Shown: piece by piece, positions 18,410 through 29,100 of the stretch
How the letters are laid out: every line of letters starts with the position of its first letter
How positions within the stretch are numbered: the first letter of the stretch is position 1
From: Nannocystis bainbridge
GTDB lineage: Bacteria > Myxococcota_A > Polyangia > Nannocystales > Nannocystaceae
Assembly: GCF_028368995.1 (NCBI RefSeq)
Contig: NZ_JAQNDL010000001.1
Location: 832,001-896,000, forward strand
Length of the DNA: 64,000 bases
Direction: 5' to 3'
Notes under the pieces: generated by a model
What the model was told of the DNA's origin: nothing
Seen by the model: the letters and a program-made list of their open reading frames with translations, nothing else
The model's database searches: none
Program-made: the position numbers and the translations under genes

Positions 18410-19726
18410 ATGATCGGCGTGCTTGGATTTCACCCTTATCGATTCCTACCTGGCCTTTTGGTCATATGCGCCTGTCCTGACGAGAGCACCGTGCCCGGCC
18501 CCCTCGACACCGACGCCAGCAGCGACGGCAGCGCGAGCGTGGGGGCCACCACTGGGCTGTCCGACGCTTCAACGACGACTTTGGGGCCGACCGACCCCGA
18601 CTCTACCCCGACCACCAGCGACACCGTGGACCCGACGTCCGTCGGCACCGGCGGCGGCGACGGCTCGACCACCTTCGATCCGCCCGCCGCCTGCGGCCCG
18701 CCGTGCGACGACTTCTCGGCGCACGAAGGCACCGTGACGCTCGGCGGCGGCGGGGCCAACTTCGCCTGCGTCAACCACATCGACGGCGACCTTTACATCG
18801 GCGCCAACGCGACGCTGCAGGAGATCGCCAGCCTCGGCAACCTCGAGTGGGTCGAGGGCGCGGTGACCATCGCCGGTAACCTCGCGCTCGCCGATCTGTC
18901 GGGCCTCGCCTGCCTGCGCGACATCGAGGCGCTGAAGCTGACCGGCATGCCGCAGCTCGCCGATCTCGACGCCCTGGCCCGCCTGCGCGTCGCCCCGCGC
19001 CTCGAGTTCGAGCGCCTCGGCATCACCGCGCTGCCGAGCTTCGCCCCCGAGTTCGCCGGCGTCGCCTCGCTGGTGCTGCGCGACAACGACGCGCTCGTCG
19101 ACCTCCACGCCGCCGCCAATTGGGGCGCCGCCGGACCGCTCGAGCTGCGCATCGAGAGCAACGCGGCGCTGGCGAGCATCGCCGGGCTCGCCGGGCCCCT
19201 GGCCGACAACGGCGCCGGCACGGTCCACCTCGCCCTGCTCGACCTGCCCGAGCTGACCTCGCTGGTCGGCCTCGAGCCGCTGCTGCAGGCCGACCTCCAC
19301 TTCGAGCGCCTGCCGAAGCTCACCGACCTCGCCCCGCTGTCAGGCCTCCTCAGCGGCGGCCAGATCGTCTTCAACGCCTTGCCCGCGCTCACCGACCTCG
19401 AAGGCCTCGGGTCGCTCGTCACCGTCGGCACCTTCACCCTCGGCGACTGCTCCCACGGCGACGACGGCGGCCTCGATCACCTGGCCAGCCTCGCCGGCCT
19501 GGACAGCCTGGCCGCGGTGGGTCACTTCGCGCTGGCCGACAACGACCAGCTCGCCTCGCTGGCCGGCGCCCCGCAGCTCGGCGCCGTGGGCGGCTTCTCC
19601 TCGGTCGGCAACCCGGCCCTGATCCAGAGCGACTACGACGCGTTCTTCACCCAGCTCGAGGCGGCCCCGTGGGGCTGCGTCGGCGACTGGGGCCGCTGCG
19701 AGTGCTTCCCGGTCAACCCCGGGTGA
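18410..19726 (+). CDS. Lipoprotein with receptor-L / leucine-rich repeats
   Basis: LVICAC lipobox-like site, Thr/Ser linker, repeated N..L..L.GL..L units. Confidence 0.75.
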   Translation: MIGVLGFHPYRFLPGLLVICACPDESTVPGPLDTDASSDGSASVGATTGLSDASTTTLGPTDPDSTPTTSDTVDPTSVGTGGGDGSTTFDPPAACGPPCDDFSAHEGTVTLGGGGANFACVNHIDGDLYIGANATLQEIASLGNLEWVEGAVTIAGNLALADLSGLACLRDIEALKLTGMPQLADLDALARLRVAPRLEFERLGITALPSFAPEFAGVASLVLRDNDALVDLHAAANWGAAGPLELRIESNAALASIAGLAGPLADNGAGTVHLALLDLPELTSLVGLEPLLQADLHFERLPKLTDLAPLSGLLSGGQIVFNALPALTDLEGLGSLVTVGTFTLGDCSHGDDGGLDHLASLAGLDSLAAVGHFALADNDQLASLAGAPQLGAVGGFSSVGNPALIQSDYDAFFTQLEAAPWGCVGDWGRCECFPVNPG

Positions 19727-19732
19727 CCGATC

Positions 19733-19798
19733 GGACATGCCCTCCGGGGCATGTCTCAAGGCGCATGTTCTTCGGGACCTGACCTCCGGGGCATGTCC
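19733..19798. repeat. 14-bp-period CATG array (5 units)
   Basis: Cores at 19736, 19750, 19764, 19778 (CCTG), 19792. Confidence 0.9.
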
Positions 19799-20802
19799 CT
19801 CGCGCCACCCTCGATCAGCAGCAGCGCGGCGGCGCACAGCTCGAGGTGGCCGTGGAAGCGGGCCATGCGGAAGTAGCCGTGGCAGGCCGCCATCAGGTCG
19901 CGCGCGGCCCACAGCGCCAGCGCGGTGGCGACGGCGATCGCGGCCCACAGCAGCGGCCGGCCCATGTCGGCCTCCAGCCCGGCCCAGCGGGCCCGGTAGG
20001 TCGGCGGGGTCGCGCGCGCGCGGTCCTCGTCAGGCAAGAGGCCCAGCCACACGCCGTAGTGGATCGTCTGCGCGAAGCAGAACAGCAGCACCAGCCGCAG
20101 CGCCCACTCCGGGCCGACCCCGGGCGACAGCCGCCACACCTGGTACTGCGGGCCCATGCCGCCGCCGAACCACTGCAGCCCGCCGCTGGCGCGCACGGCC
20201 GCCAGCGCGACGTCGCTGACGAGGAAGGCGCTGGCCAGGGCCATCAGCGCCAGCGGCAGCCAGTGCAGCCGCGACTTCCGCGGCCGCCACGCCCACCACA
20301 GCAGCACGGCGATCGCGTTGTGGAGGTGGGCGAACACGACGTCGCCGGTGCGCCCGAGCGCGGCGAAGCTGCCGGCCAAGCCCGCGACCATCACGACCCC
20401 GAGCACGCGCCGAGCGGGGCTCGCCCGCGCGACCGCGGCCGCCAGCCCGGCGGCGAGGAAGCCCCACAGCAGGTGGCCGCCGAGCGCGACGTAAGCGAGC
20501 GGCGGCCCGGCCAGGACCACCAGCGCCAGGCGCCGGTGATAACCTGGCCGAACGAGCATGTACCGAAGGTCAGCCACGAGGTGCGGCACGCCCCACACCA
20601 GCGGCCCGAGGATCAGCAGCCACAGCGGCGCGATCAAGGTCGCCGCCAGCGCGGTGCCCACCATCGTCGAGCCGAGCACGGCGATCCGCAGATCGCGGCG
20701 ACGGATCAGCGGCCGCACCACGGGGCCGAGCCGGCGCAGCCACCATCGCCGCACGAAGTCGGCCGCGCCGATCGGGCCGTGGAGGAGCGTGCTCGTGGTC
20801 AT
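19756..20802 (-). CDS. Polytopic membrane protein with several membrane-embedded histidines
   Basis: Multiple TM helices; GVPHLVAD, FAHLHN, QTIHY, FHGHLE. Confidence 0.75.
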   Translation of the reverse strand: MTTSTLLHGPIGAADFVRRWWLRRLGPVVRPLIRRRDLRIAVLGSTMVGTALAATLIAPLWLLILGPLVWGVPHLVADLRYMLVRPGYHRRLALVVLAGPPLAYVALGGHLLWGFLAAGLAAAVARASPARRVLGVVMVAGLAGSFAALGRTGDVVFAHLHNAIAVLLWWAWRPRKSRLHWLPLALMALASAFLVSDVALAAVRASGGLQWFGGGMGPQYQVWRLSPGVGPEWALRLVLLFCFAQTIHYGVWLGLLPDEDRARATPPTYRARWAGLEADMGRPLLWAAIAVATALALWAARDLMAACHGYFRMARFHGHLELCAAALLLIEGGARDMPRRSGPEEHAP

Positions 20803-20921
20803 GCCCGTCGTCGCCGCCGCGCGGCCCACAGCGCCAGCACCAGCAGCCAGCCGGCGATGTGGCAGCCGGCCTTCTTCGGCGGCGGGCCCGGCGGGATGTC
20901 CACGCGCGCGGTCAGCGTCAT
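20799..20921 (-). CDS. Putative 40-aa peptide consisting of a MYXO-CTERM-like sorting signal
   Basis: MTLTARVDIPPGPPPKKAGCHIAGWLLVLALWAARRRRRA; ATGA overlap with the downstream gene. Confidence 0.45.
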   Translation of the reverse strand: MTLTARVDIPPGPPPKKAGCHIAGWLLVLALWAARRRRRA

Positions 20922-21071
20922 GCCGGTACGATGGCACACGCGCCCGCGACCGGGAAGCACGCGCCTGCGCGCCGACGCGAGCCCGAGTTCGACGCGACCG
21001 CTCGCTCTCCTCCAAACCGCCTTGCGGCCCGGAGAGGTGCGCCGGCGCGGGCGATCGCGTACCGTCGCTGC

Positions 21072-21845
21072 GTGCTCGCCTCGCCGACCGGCGCCTTTCT
21101 GGCCGACCCGCTGGTCGGACCGACGCTGCTGGTGCTCGCCGGCGTGGTCGCGGGCGTGCTCAACACCCTCGCCGGCGGCGGCTCCTTCGTCATCTTGCCG
21201 ATCCTGATCGGCCTCGGCCTGCCGCCCGGGGTCGCCAACGCCACCAGCCGGATCGGCGTGCTCGCCCACGGCTCGGCCGCGGCGCTCACCTTCGCGCGCG
21301 ACCGCGCCCTGCACACCGGTCTCGTCGCTCGCCTGGCGCCTGCCATGTGCGCCGGGGCCCTGCTCGGCGCCTGGCTGGCGACGCAGACCAGCGACGCCGT
21401 GCTGCGCCCGCTGATCGGCGGGGTCCTTGTCGCGTGGGCGCTGTTCCTGGTCTTTCGGCCAGGTAGCATGACGAAGCCGCCGCCCGAGCCGCGCCCGCCC
21501 GGCACCACCGCCCACGCGCTGGCGCTGCTCATCGGCGTCTACGGCGGCTTCCTGCAGGCCGGCGTCGGTTTTCCGTTGATCGCCCTGTTCGTGTCGCACC
21601 TCGGCCACGACCTGCTGCGCGCCAACGCGGCCAAGGTGGCGCTGGTGTTCGTGTACACGCTGCTGGTGGTGGCCGTGTTCGCGGCCGCGGGCCAGATCGA
21701 CTGGCCGCGCGCGGGGCAGCTGGCGATCGGGATGACCTTCGGCGGCTGGCTGGGCGCGCGCATGCAGATCCGCGCCGGCGCGCCGCTGGTCCGCTGGACG
21801 ATCGTGGTGATGGTGCTGGTCAGCGGCGCTTCCTTGCTGGTCTGA
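21072..21845 (+). CDS. TauE/SafE family sulfite exporter
   Basis: AGVLNTLAGGGS, ANATSR, GVYGGFLQAGVG, GGWLGAR. Confidence 0.9.
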   Translation: MLASPTGAFLADPLVGPTLLVLAGVVAGVLNTLAGGGSFVILPILIGLGLPPGVANATSRIGVLAHGSAAALTFARDRALHTGLVARLAPAMCAGALLGAWLATQTSDAVLRPLIGGVLVAWALFLVFRPGSMTKPPPEPRPPGTTAHALALLIGVYGGFLQAGVGFPLIALFVSHLGHDLLRANAAKVALVFVYTLLVVAVFAAAGQIDWPRAGQLAIGMTFGGWLGARMQIRAGAPLVRWTIVVMVLVSGASLLV

Positions 21846-21868
21846 AGGACAGGTTGATTCGAACCCAG

Positions 21869-21906
21869 GTACATGACCCTCGGGACATGTCCTTCTCACC
21901 ACGTCC
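21869..21906. repeat. 14-bp-period CATG array
   Basis: Cores at 21872, 21886, 21900 (CACG). Confidence 0.7.
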
Positions 21907-22081
21907 TTGAAGGACGCCGCGCACGCGAGGCCCGGTGTCAAGGTCCGCGTGCGCCGCAGCAGTGACCGGGAGTCGCATCCACCGCCGTGGGCCGCGACCT
22001 CGGGGGCGGTCCGAGCCGCGAAGCGGTGCTGCGCGGTTCCACGCGGTGCCGTCGGCGGGCGCCTCGGCTATACGTCCGGGC

Positions 22082-22843
22082 ATGGTCCCGCTGGACGCGA
22101 CTCAGGTCCTCGCGCTGCTTGAGCACCTCCCGATCGCGCTGTACGTGATGCGGGACGGCGTGCTGCAGTGGTGCAACGACAAGTTCTTGCGCCTGTGCGA
22201 GTGCTCCCTGGAGGCCGCGCTGGGCCAGAACTTCGTCCGCTTCATCGCCCCCGAGGACCGCGAGTTCGTCGTCGACCGCTACCGCCGGCGGATCTCCGGC
22301 GAGCCCGTGCCCGAGCACTACGAGTTCTCCGCCATCGGCCTCGAGACCGGCAAGCGCACGCCGATCCACATGTCCGTGCACGTCACCCAGATCGCCGGCA
22401 TCCGCTACAGCATCGGCGTCGTCGTCGATCTCACCGCCCAGGCCAGCGTCGCGGCCGGGCTCGCCACCACCGCCGGGGTCGAGCGCAGCTACCCGACCCC
22501 GGTCTTGCGGGTCGCCGCCGGGGTGCTGGTGGTGCCGCTCGTCGGCCACTACCACGCCGCCCGGGTCCAGAGCCTCAACCAGAGCGTGCTGGCCGCGATC
22601 GGCGAGCAGCGGGCCCACGCGCTGATCCTCGACGTCACCGGGGTCGTCGACGCCGACGAGCGCGTCGCCGACTACCTCGGTCGCACCGCCGCGGCCGCTC
22701 GCCTGCTCGGCGCGCAGTGCGTGCTGGCCGGCGTGTCCCCGTCGCTCGCGCAGCTGCTCGTCACTTCCGCGGCCACGCTCACCCACCTGACGACCGCCGC
22801 GACCCTCGAGGACGCGCTGGCCCAGGTGCGTCAGCCCGGCTGA
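22082..22843 (+). CDS. PAS-STAS (RsbR-like) sensor protein
   Basis: N-terminal PAS fold (FIAPEDRE); TPVLRV..GVLVVPLVG, ILDVTGV, ARLLGA..VLAGVSP. Confidence 0.88.
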   Translation: MVPLDATQVLALLEHLPIALYVMRDGVLQWCNDKFLRLCECSLEAALGQNFVRFIAPEDREFVVDRYRRRISGEPVPEHYEFSAIGLETGKRTPIHMSVHVTQIAGIRYSIGVVVDLTAQASVAAGLATTAGVERSYPTPVLRVAAGVLVVPLVGHYHAARVQSLNQSVLAAIGEQRAHALILDVTGVVDADERVADYLGRTAAAARLLGAQCVLAGVSPSLAQLLVTSAATLTHLTTAATLEDALAQVRQPG

Positions 22844-22877
22844 GACGCGGCCTTTCACCTTCGGGGCGTTTTTATAG

Positions 22878-22901
22878 GGACATGTCTCGAGAGACATGTC
22901 C
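22878..22901. repeat. 14-bp-period CATG pair
   Basis: GGACATGTCTCGAGAGACATGTCC; CATG at 22881 and 22895. Confidence 0.8.
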
Positions 22902-22934
22902 TTTCCCCAAGCCCGCGCCCTCCGTGCGTGGCGC

Positions 22935-23888
22935 TCACCCCCGAAGTGGCACCGCGGCCGCCAGTGACGCTCGGGCCGCCGCGCGCTCGCCTGCCCCTGC
23001 GTAAAGCGCATCGCCCAGCGCCTCCGTCCACGCCGGCGTCGAGCCGCAGCACGAGCCGACCAGGTGCAGCCCCGCGTCTCTCGCCAGCGCGGCCACCTCG
23101 GTGGCGAACGCCGCGGCCGGGACCGCGTGCGTCACGAATCGCCCCGGCTCCGCGCGGCCGGTGTGCGGATAGGTCCCGAGGAGCATGTCCGAAGCACCGG
23201 CCGCGGCCACCAGCGCCGGGATCGCCGCCGGCAAGTACGTCAGCTCCGTGCAGTTGATCAGCAGCGCCTGCACCGCGAGCCCGCGCAGCCCGGCCACCAG
23301 CGCTTCGAGCGACTCGCCGGCCAGCAGGCGCCCGTCGGCGCGGCACACCACCGCCAGCCACACCGGCAGCCCGAGCCCTTGCCCGGCCGCCACCGCGGCC
23401 ACCGCCTCGTCGATCCGGCCCATCGTCTCGACCAGCAGCAGGTCGCAGCCGGCCGCCGCCAGCGTCTCGGCCATCACCCGGTGCTCCGGCCCCGCATGGC
23501 TGCCGGGCGACTCGGCCGGGCGGAAGCAGTCCTCGAGCGGGCTCACCGACCCGGCGATCCGCGCCGCGCTCGCGCCGGTCGGGTCCTCCGCCGCGAACTG
23601 CTCGCGCGCCTCGCGGGCCAGCGTCACCGCCCGCCGGGTCAGCGCCTCCGCCTCGTGCGCCCGTCCGCCCGCGGCCAGGTTGCGCGCGTGGGTGCGGAAC
23701 GTGTTCGTCGTGATCACCTGCGCCCCGGCGCGCAGGTAGTCGAGGTGGACCTGCCGCACCACCTCGGGCGCCTCGATCAGCGCGTGCGCCGACCACAGCG
23801 GCGCGTCCATGCGGGCGCCGCGGCGCTCCAGCTCGGTGCCCATCGCCCCGTCGAGCAGGGCCGGCGTCGGCCACGGCTTCACGGACAT
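22935..23888 (-). CDS. Homocysteine S-methyltransferase family protein
   Basis: LLDGAMGTEL, YLRAGAQVITTNTF, INC, VGSCCG zinc ligands. Confidence 0.9.
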   Translation of the reverse strand: MSVKPWPTPALLDGAMGTELERRGARMDAPLWSAHALIEAPEVVRQVHLDYLRAGAQVITTNTFRTHARNLAAGGRAHEAEALTRRAVTLAREAREQFAAEDPTGASAARIAGSVSPLEDCFRPAESPGSHAGPEHRVMAETLAAAGCDLLLVETMGRIDEAVAAVAAGQGLGLPVWLAVVCRADGRLLAGESLEALVAGLRGLAVQALLINCTELTYLPAAIPALVAAAGASDMLLGTYPHTGRAEPGRFVTHAVPAAAFATEVAALARDAGLHLVGSCCGSTPAWTEALGDALYAGAGERAAARASLAAAVPLRG

Positions 23889-23976
23889 GCCCTTTCAGAC
23901 ATGTCCCCTCGCGCATGCCCTAAAAGACATGCCCATACAGACATGTCCCCTCGCGCATGCCCGAGAGGACATGTCC
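23883..23976. repeat. 14-bp-period CATG array (7 units)
   Basis: CATG at 23886, 23900, 23914, 23928, 23942, 23956, 23970. Confidence 0.95.
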
Positions 23977-24060
23977 CCGGGGCCCACTCGCCGCGGGGGC
24001 CTGCGCCCCTCCGCGCGCGCGCCCGGCCGTCGCCGCGCCCGCGCGCCGAAGGCCGGCGGC

Positions 24061-24600
24061 TCAGCGCATGAACTCGTCCTTCATCAGGCAGAACTTGGGG
24101 TCGTTCGGCTGGCCGATGGTCGGCATGATGCGGCACTCGTAGCCCTCGCGCGGACAGTCCGCGTTGTCGGTGCACTCGACGACGCAGCCCTCGAAGTACA
24201 TGTCGGCGCCGATGCAGGTCACGCCCTCGCCGCAGATCGGGTCGTCGGGCACGTAGGCGGTCTGCGGCGGCAGCTCGCACAGCTTGCTGCAGTAGCCGCA
24301 GGGCAGGTCGTAGAGCTCGAGGATGTCGGTGAGGCACACGCCGCCCTCGCCGAGGACCGCCACGCACTCGTCGTCGGCGCTGCACGGGAACCCGAACTCG
24401 TCCATCACCCCGCCGATCGCGCCGGCCTGGCCCGGCTCGCAGACGATGCCGCCGGTGTCGCCGGTGGTCGGCGCGCCCGTGCCGTCGGTCGTCGGATTTT
24501 CGGTGGTGCTCGGCGTGTTGTCGGTGTCGCCGCTGCCGCCGTTGCAGGCGGGCAGGACGAGGAGCATGCAGGCGAGGCCAGCTACGATGTTCTTGCGCAT
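24061..24600 (-). CDS. Cys-rich lipoprotein
   Basis: Lipobox LPAC, Thr/Gly linker, disulfide-rich domain. Confidence 0.8.
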   Translation of the reverse strand: MRKNIVAGLACMLLVLPACNGGSGDTDNTPSTTENPTTDGTGAPTTGDTGGIVCEPGQAGAIGGVMDEFGFPCSADDECVAVLGEGGVCLTDILELYDLPCGYCSKLCELPPQTAYVPDDPICGEGVTCIGADMYFEGCVVECTDNADCPREGYECRIMPTIGQPNDPKFCLMKDEFMR

Positions 24601-24663
24601 TGGAGCCGGACGTTAGGCCACGGCGGGCAGGCCGCCAACAAACATGCGCGCGGCGGCTTTCGC

Positions 24664-25875
24664 TCAAGTGCGCTCGAGCACAAGCGCGATCCCCTGACCG
24701 ACGCCGATGCACATGGACGCCAGCCCCCAGCGCACGCGGGCGCGGGCCATGCCGTGCGCCAGCGTCGTGGTGATGCGAGCGCCGGAGCAGCCGAGCGGGT
24801 GGCCGAGAGCGATGGCGCCGCCGCCGGGGTTGACCTTGGCCGGGTCGAGGTCGAGGGCGCGGATCGAGGCGACCGTCTGCGACGCGAACGCCTCGTTGAG
24901 CTCGATCGCCCCGAGGTCCGCCGCCTGCAGGCCGGCCCGCTTGAGCGCGCGGCGGCTGGCCGGCGCCGGACCGATCCCCATGACCCCGGGCGCCACGCCG
25001 GCGTGGCCCCACGCGGCGATGCGGGCCATCGGTCGCAGGCCGAGGTTGTGCGCCTGCTCGGCGCTGGTGATCAGCAGCGCCGCGGCGCCGTCGTTGAGCG
25101 GCGAGCTGTTGCCGGCGGTCACGCTGCCACCGGCCTTGAACACCGGCTTGAGCTTGGCCAGCGCGGCCAGAGTAGTGTCGCGGCGGACGCTCTCGTCGAC
25201 GCTGACGCGCGTCGGATCGGCGCCCTTGGGCCCCGGGATCTCGACCGGCACGATCTCGTTGTCGAACCAACCCTCGTCCTGCGCCGCCGCGGCCTTGGTG
25301 TGGCTGCCGAGCGCCCACGCGTCCTGGTCGGCGCGGCTGACGTGGTAGCGCTCGGCCACGTTCTCGGCGGTGATGCCGAGCGGCTCCGCGCCGTAGAGGC
25401 GCTCCATCGCCGGGTTGGTCATGCGCCAGCCGAGCGACGTGTCGAACAGCTGGGCGTCGCGGGCGAACGCGTCGCCCGCCTTCGGCATCACGTACGGCGC
25501 GCGGGTCATGCTCTCGACGCCGCCGGCGATGTACACCGAGCCCTCGCCGACCATGATGCTCTTGGCCGCCTGGATGATGGCCTCCATGCCGGAGCCGCAC
25601 AGGCGATTGACGGTGACGCCGGGGATCTCGACCGGCAGCCCGGCCAGCAGCAGGGCCATGCGCGCGACGTTGCGGTTGTCCTCGCCGGCTTGGTTGGCCG
25701 CGCCGAAGTACACGTCCTCGAGCTGCTCCATCGCCGGGCTGTAGTGCTCGGCGAGGTGGCGGACCACGTGAGACGCGAGGTCGTCGGGCCGTACCGGCGC
25801 GAGCGCGCCGCGGAGCCGTCCGATCGGCGTGCGGACGGCGGCGACGATGACGGGCGTGCGAGCATCGGAGGTCAT
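24664..25875 (-). CDS. Acetyl-CoA C-acyltransferase (thiolase, PcaF/PaaJ-like)
   Basis: NQAGEDNRNVAR, NRLCGSG, NEAFA, GHPLG, CIGVGQG. Confidence 0.95.
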   Translation of the reverse strand: MTSDARTPVIVAAVRTPIGRLRGALAPVRPDDLASHVVRHLAEHYSPAMEQLEDVYFGAANQAGEDNRNVARMALLLAGLPVEIPGVTVNRLCGSGMEAIIQAAKSIMVGEGSVYIAGGVESMTRAPYVMPKAGDAFARDAQLFDTSLGWRMTNPAMERLYGAEPLGITAENVAERYHVSRADQDAWALGSHTKAAAAQDEGWFDNEIVPVEIPGPKGADPTRVSVDESVRRDTTLAALAKLKPVFKAGGSVTAGNSSPLNDGAAALLITSAEQAHNLGLRPMARIAAWGHAGVAPGVMGIGPAPASRRALKRAGLQAADLGAIELNEAFASQTVASIRALDLDPAKVNPGGGAIALGHPLGCSGARITTTLAHGMARARVRWGLASMCIGVGQGIALVLERT

Positions 25876-26101
25876 GTCCCTTGGGGGTTATCACGACCGC
25901 CCGCGGGCTCAGGCCACGTTTCAGTTGCGCTCGCTCACGCGAACCGCGCGCCCGCCGTGCGGAGGACGGTCACACGCCGCGAAACCACGCCCCGCCCGGC
26001 TCGCCGCGCCCCCGCCGTGACGCCCGCGCCCGCGGCCGAGCGCCGCATCGGCGGCGGATTTGGTTCCGCGGCGGCGGCGGCGGAGCTACCCTCCCGGGGT
26101 C

Positions 26102-29100
26102 GTGAGTCGCGACGACAACACGCAGCTCTCGCTCGAGGAGGCGATGTCGTTCCGCTCGGGCGACGACCTCACGGGCGACGGCGAGAACCCGCCGTCGCAC
26201 CCGCCCGAGCCCGACCCGGGCGAGAGCGCCCAGTTCGTCAGCTTCGCCGCCGACAAGCGCTTCAACATCGTCCGTCGCGTCGGCGCCGGCGGCATGGGCG
26301 TGGTGTACGAGGCCATCGATCGCGAGCGGGCCCACCCGGTCGCGCTCAAGACCCTGCTCAACGTCAGCCCCGGCGCGCTCTACCGGTTCAAGCGCGAGTT
26401 CCGGGCCCTCGCCGACGTCGCCCATCCGAACGTCATCCAGCTGCACGAGCTGTTCTTCGAGGGCGAGCAGATCTTCTTCACGATGGAGTACATCGACGGG
26501 CTCGAGTTCGTCGAGTACGTGCGCGGCGAGGCCGAGGACCCGACCGACGCCGATCCCGCGGCGCTGGCCGCCGAGCGCGAGCAGGGCTGGGAGCGCCTGC
26601 GGGCCGCGCTGCGCCAGCTGGCCGCCGGCCTCGGCGCGCTGCATGCCGCCGGCAAGCTGCACCGCGACATCAAGCCGTCGAACGTCCTCATCACCCGCGA
26701 GGGTCGGCTCGTCATCCTCGACTTCGGCCTCGTCAGCGACTCGATCACCGAGACCGTGCGCAGCACCGAGGCCGGCGGCGTGGTCGGCACGCCGGCGTAC
26801 ATCTCGCCCGAGCAGGCCGGCGGCCAGCCGGCGTCGGCCGCCTCCGACTGGTACGCCGTCGGCGTGATGGTCTTCCAGGCGCTGACCGGCGAGCTGCCGT
26901 TCAAGGGCCGGGGCCTCAAGATCATGATCGCCAAGCAGGAGCGGGACGCGCCGGTCCCCTCGAGCATCGTCTCGGGCCTGCCCAAGGATCTCGAGGAGCT
27001 GTGCCTCGCGCTGCTGAACCGCGACCCCAAGGCCCGGCCCGGCAGCGCCGAGGTGCTGCAGCGCGTCGGCAGCGGCCCGACCGGCATCCGCCCGCGCGCC
27101 GCCGCCAACCAGGAGCGCGACCTGTTCGTCGGCCGCGAGGGCCAGCTGCGCGCCCTGCAGGACGCCGCCGCCGCCACGCAGAAGGGCCGCGCCGCGCTGG
27201 TCCAGGTCTACGGCCGCAGCGGCATGGGCAAGAGCGCCCTCGTGCGCGAGTTTTTGGCCCGCCTGCAGCGCGGCCCGGCGGTGGTGCTCGCCGGTCGCTG
27301 CTACGAGCGCGAGTCGGTGTCGTTCAAGGCCCTCGACTCGCTGATCGACGCGCTCGCCAAGCACCTGCTGCGCCTGCAAGAGGCCAAGGTCGCCGAGCTG
27401 ATCCCGCGCGACGTCCACGCGCTGGCCCGCGTGTTCCCGGTGCTGCAGCGGGTCAAGGCCGTGACGCAGGCCCCGCGCCGCTCGGTCGACATCCCCGATC
27501 CGCGTGAGCTGCGGCGGCGGGCCTTCGCCGCGCTCAAGGAGCTGCTGGCGCGCCTGGCCGACCGCGCCCCGCTGGTGCTGCACATCGACGACCTCCAGTG
27601 GGGCGACCGCGACAGCGCCGCGCTGCTCGCCGACCTGCTGCGCCCGCCCGACGCGCCGGCCCTGCTGCTGATCGCCAGCTACCGCACCGAGGCCCACAAC
27701 GGCGCGGTGCTCAAGACCCTGCGCGAGGCGGCCCGCGGCGAGCTCGATCTCCGCGAGCTGCACATCGGCCCGCTGTCCGAGGTCGACGCTGAGGACCTCG
27801 CGCAGTCGCTCCTGCCCGCCAACCTGCGCTCGCGGGCCCGCCAGCTCGCGCGCGAGGCCCAGGGCAACCCGCTGTTCGTCAGCGAGCTCGTGCGCCACCT
27901 GCTGGCCACCGGCGAGCGCCCCGGCGAGCGCGGCGAGGTCACCCTCGACCGCGTCCTCCTCACCCGCATCGACGCCCTGCCTCCGCCCGCCCGGCGCCTG
28001 CTCGAGATCGCCGCCGTCGCCGGCGGCCCCGTCGATCTGCGCCTCGCCGGCGCCGCCGCCGGCCTGCCCGAGACCCACGCCGCGCTCGCCACCCTGCGCA
28101 GCGAGCACCTCGTGCTGACCCGCAGCGGCGACAGCGAGATCATCGAGACCTATCACGACCGCGTGCGCGAGCTGGTGCTCGCCGCGCTGCCGCCCGACGA
28201 CCTCAAGGCCCGCCACCGCGACCTCGCCATCGCCATGGAGAACCACGGCGAGCGCGACAGCGACACCCTCGCGCTGCACTACCGCGAGGCCGGCGAGTGG
28301 GAGCGCGCCGGCGACTACGCGCAGATGGCCGCCGACCAGGCCGCCGCCGCCCTCGCCTTCGACCGCGCCGCCCGCCTCTACCGCCTCGCCCTCGAGTTCA
28401 AGCCGCACAGCGACAAGGGCCGCGCCGAGCTCAGCGTCCGCCTCGCCGACGCGCTCGCCAACGCCGGCCGCGGCGTCAAGGCGGCCCGCCTCTACCTCGA
28501 GGCCGCCGCCTCCGAGCCGCCGGCCCGCGCGCTCGAGCTGCGGCGCCGCGCCGGCGAGCAGTTCCTGCGCGCCGGCCAGCTCCCCGAGGGCATGACGACG
28601 ATCCGCCAGGTCCTGGCCGCCGCCGGCATGAGCCTGCCCGCCACCAGCCGCGCCCTCCACACCAGCCTCGCGTGGGAGCGGGCCCGCTGGCGCCTGCGCG
28701 GCCTCGGCCTGCGCGAGCGCGACCCCAAGACCGTAAACCCCGACGACCTCGTGCGCCTGGCCGTGTGCCGGACCCTGTCGTCGAGCCTGTCGGTCCACGA
28801 CCTCCCGCTCACCGCGCTGTTCCAGGCGCGTTATCTCAACCTGGCCTACAAGACAGGTAACATCTTCCACGCCGCCTGCGCGCTCGCGGCCGAGGTCGCG
28901 TTCGTCTCGTCCGGCGGCGAGGCCGACCGCGCCCGCACCGAGAAGCTCGCCAGCGCCGCCCAGGCCATGCTGCAGCGCACCCCCGAGGCGCTGCCGCGCG
29001 GCCTCCTGGCGCTGTCGCGCGGGGTCGCGGCGTTCCACTTCGGCCGCTGGCGCGAGAGCATCGTCCTGCTCGAGCAGTCGGAGCAGATCCTGCGCGGCGA

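Noticed and set aside
22878-22901. Resemblance of GGACATGTCC to the p53 half-site RRRCWWGYYY
   Set aside because: Most likely a coincidental short palindrome; bacterial context, and no p53-like protein is evident.
23883-23976. CATG arrays as mini-CRISPR or iterons of a replication origin
   Set aside because: Units are only 14 bp, degenerate and dispersed over about 29 loci; no rep or cas gene or AT-rich unwinding region is adjacent.
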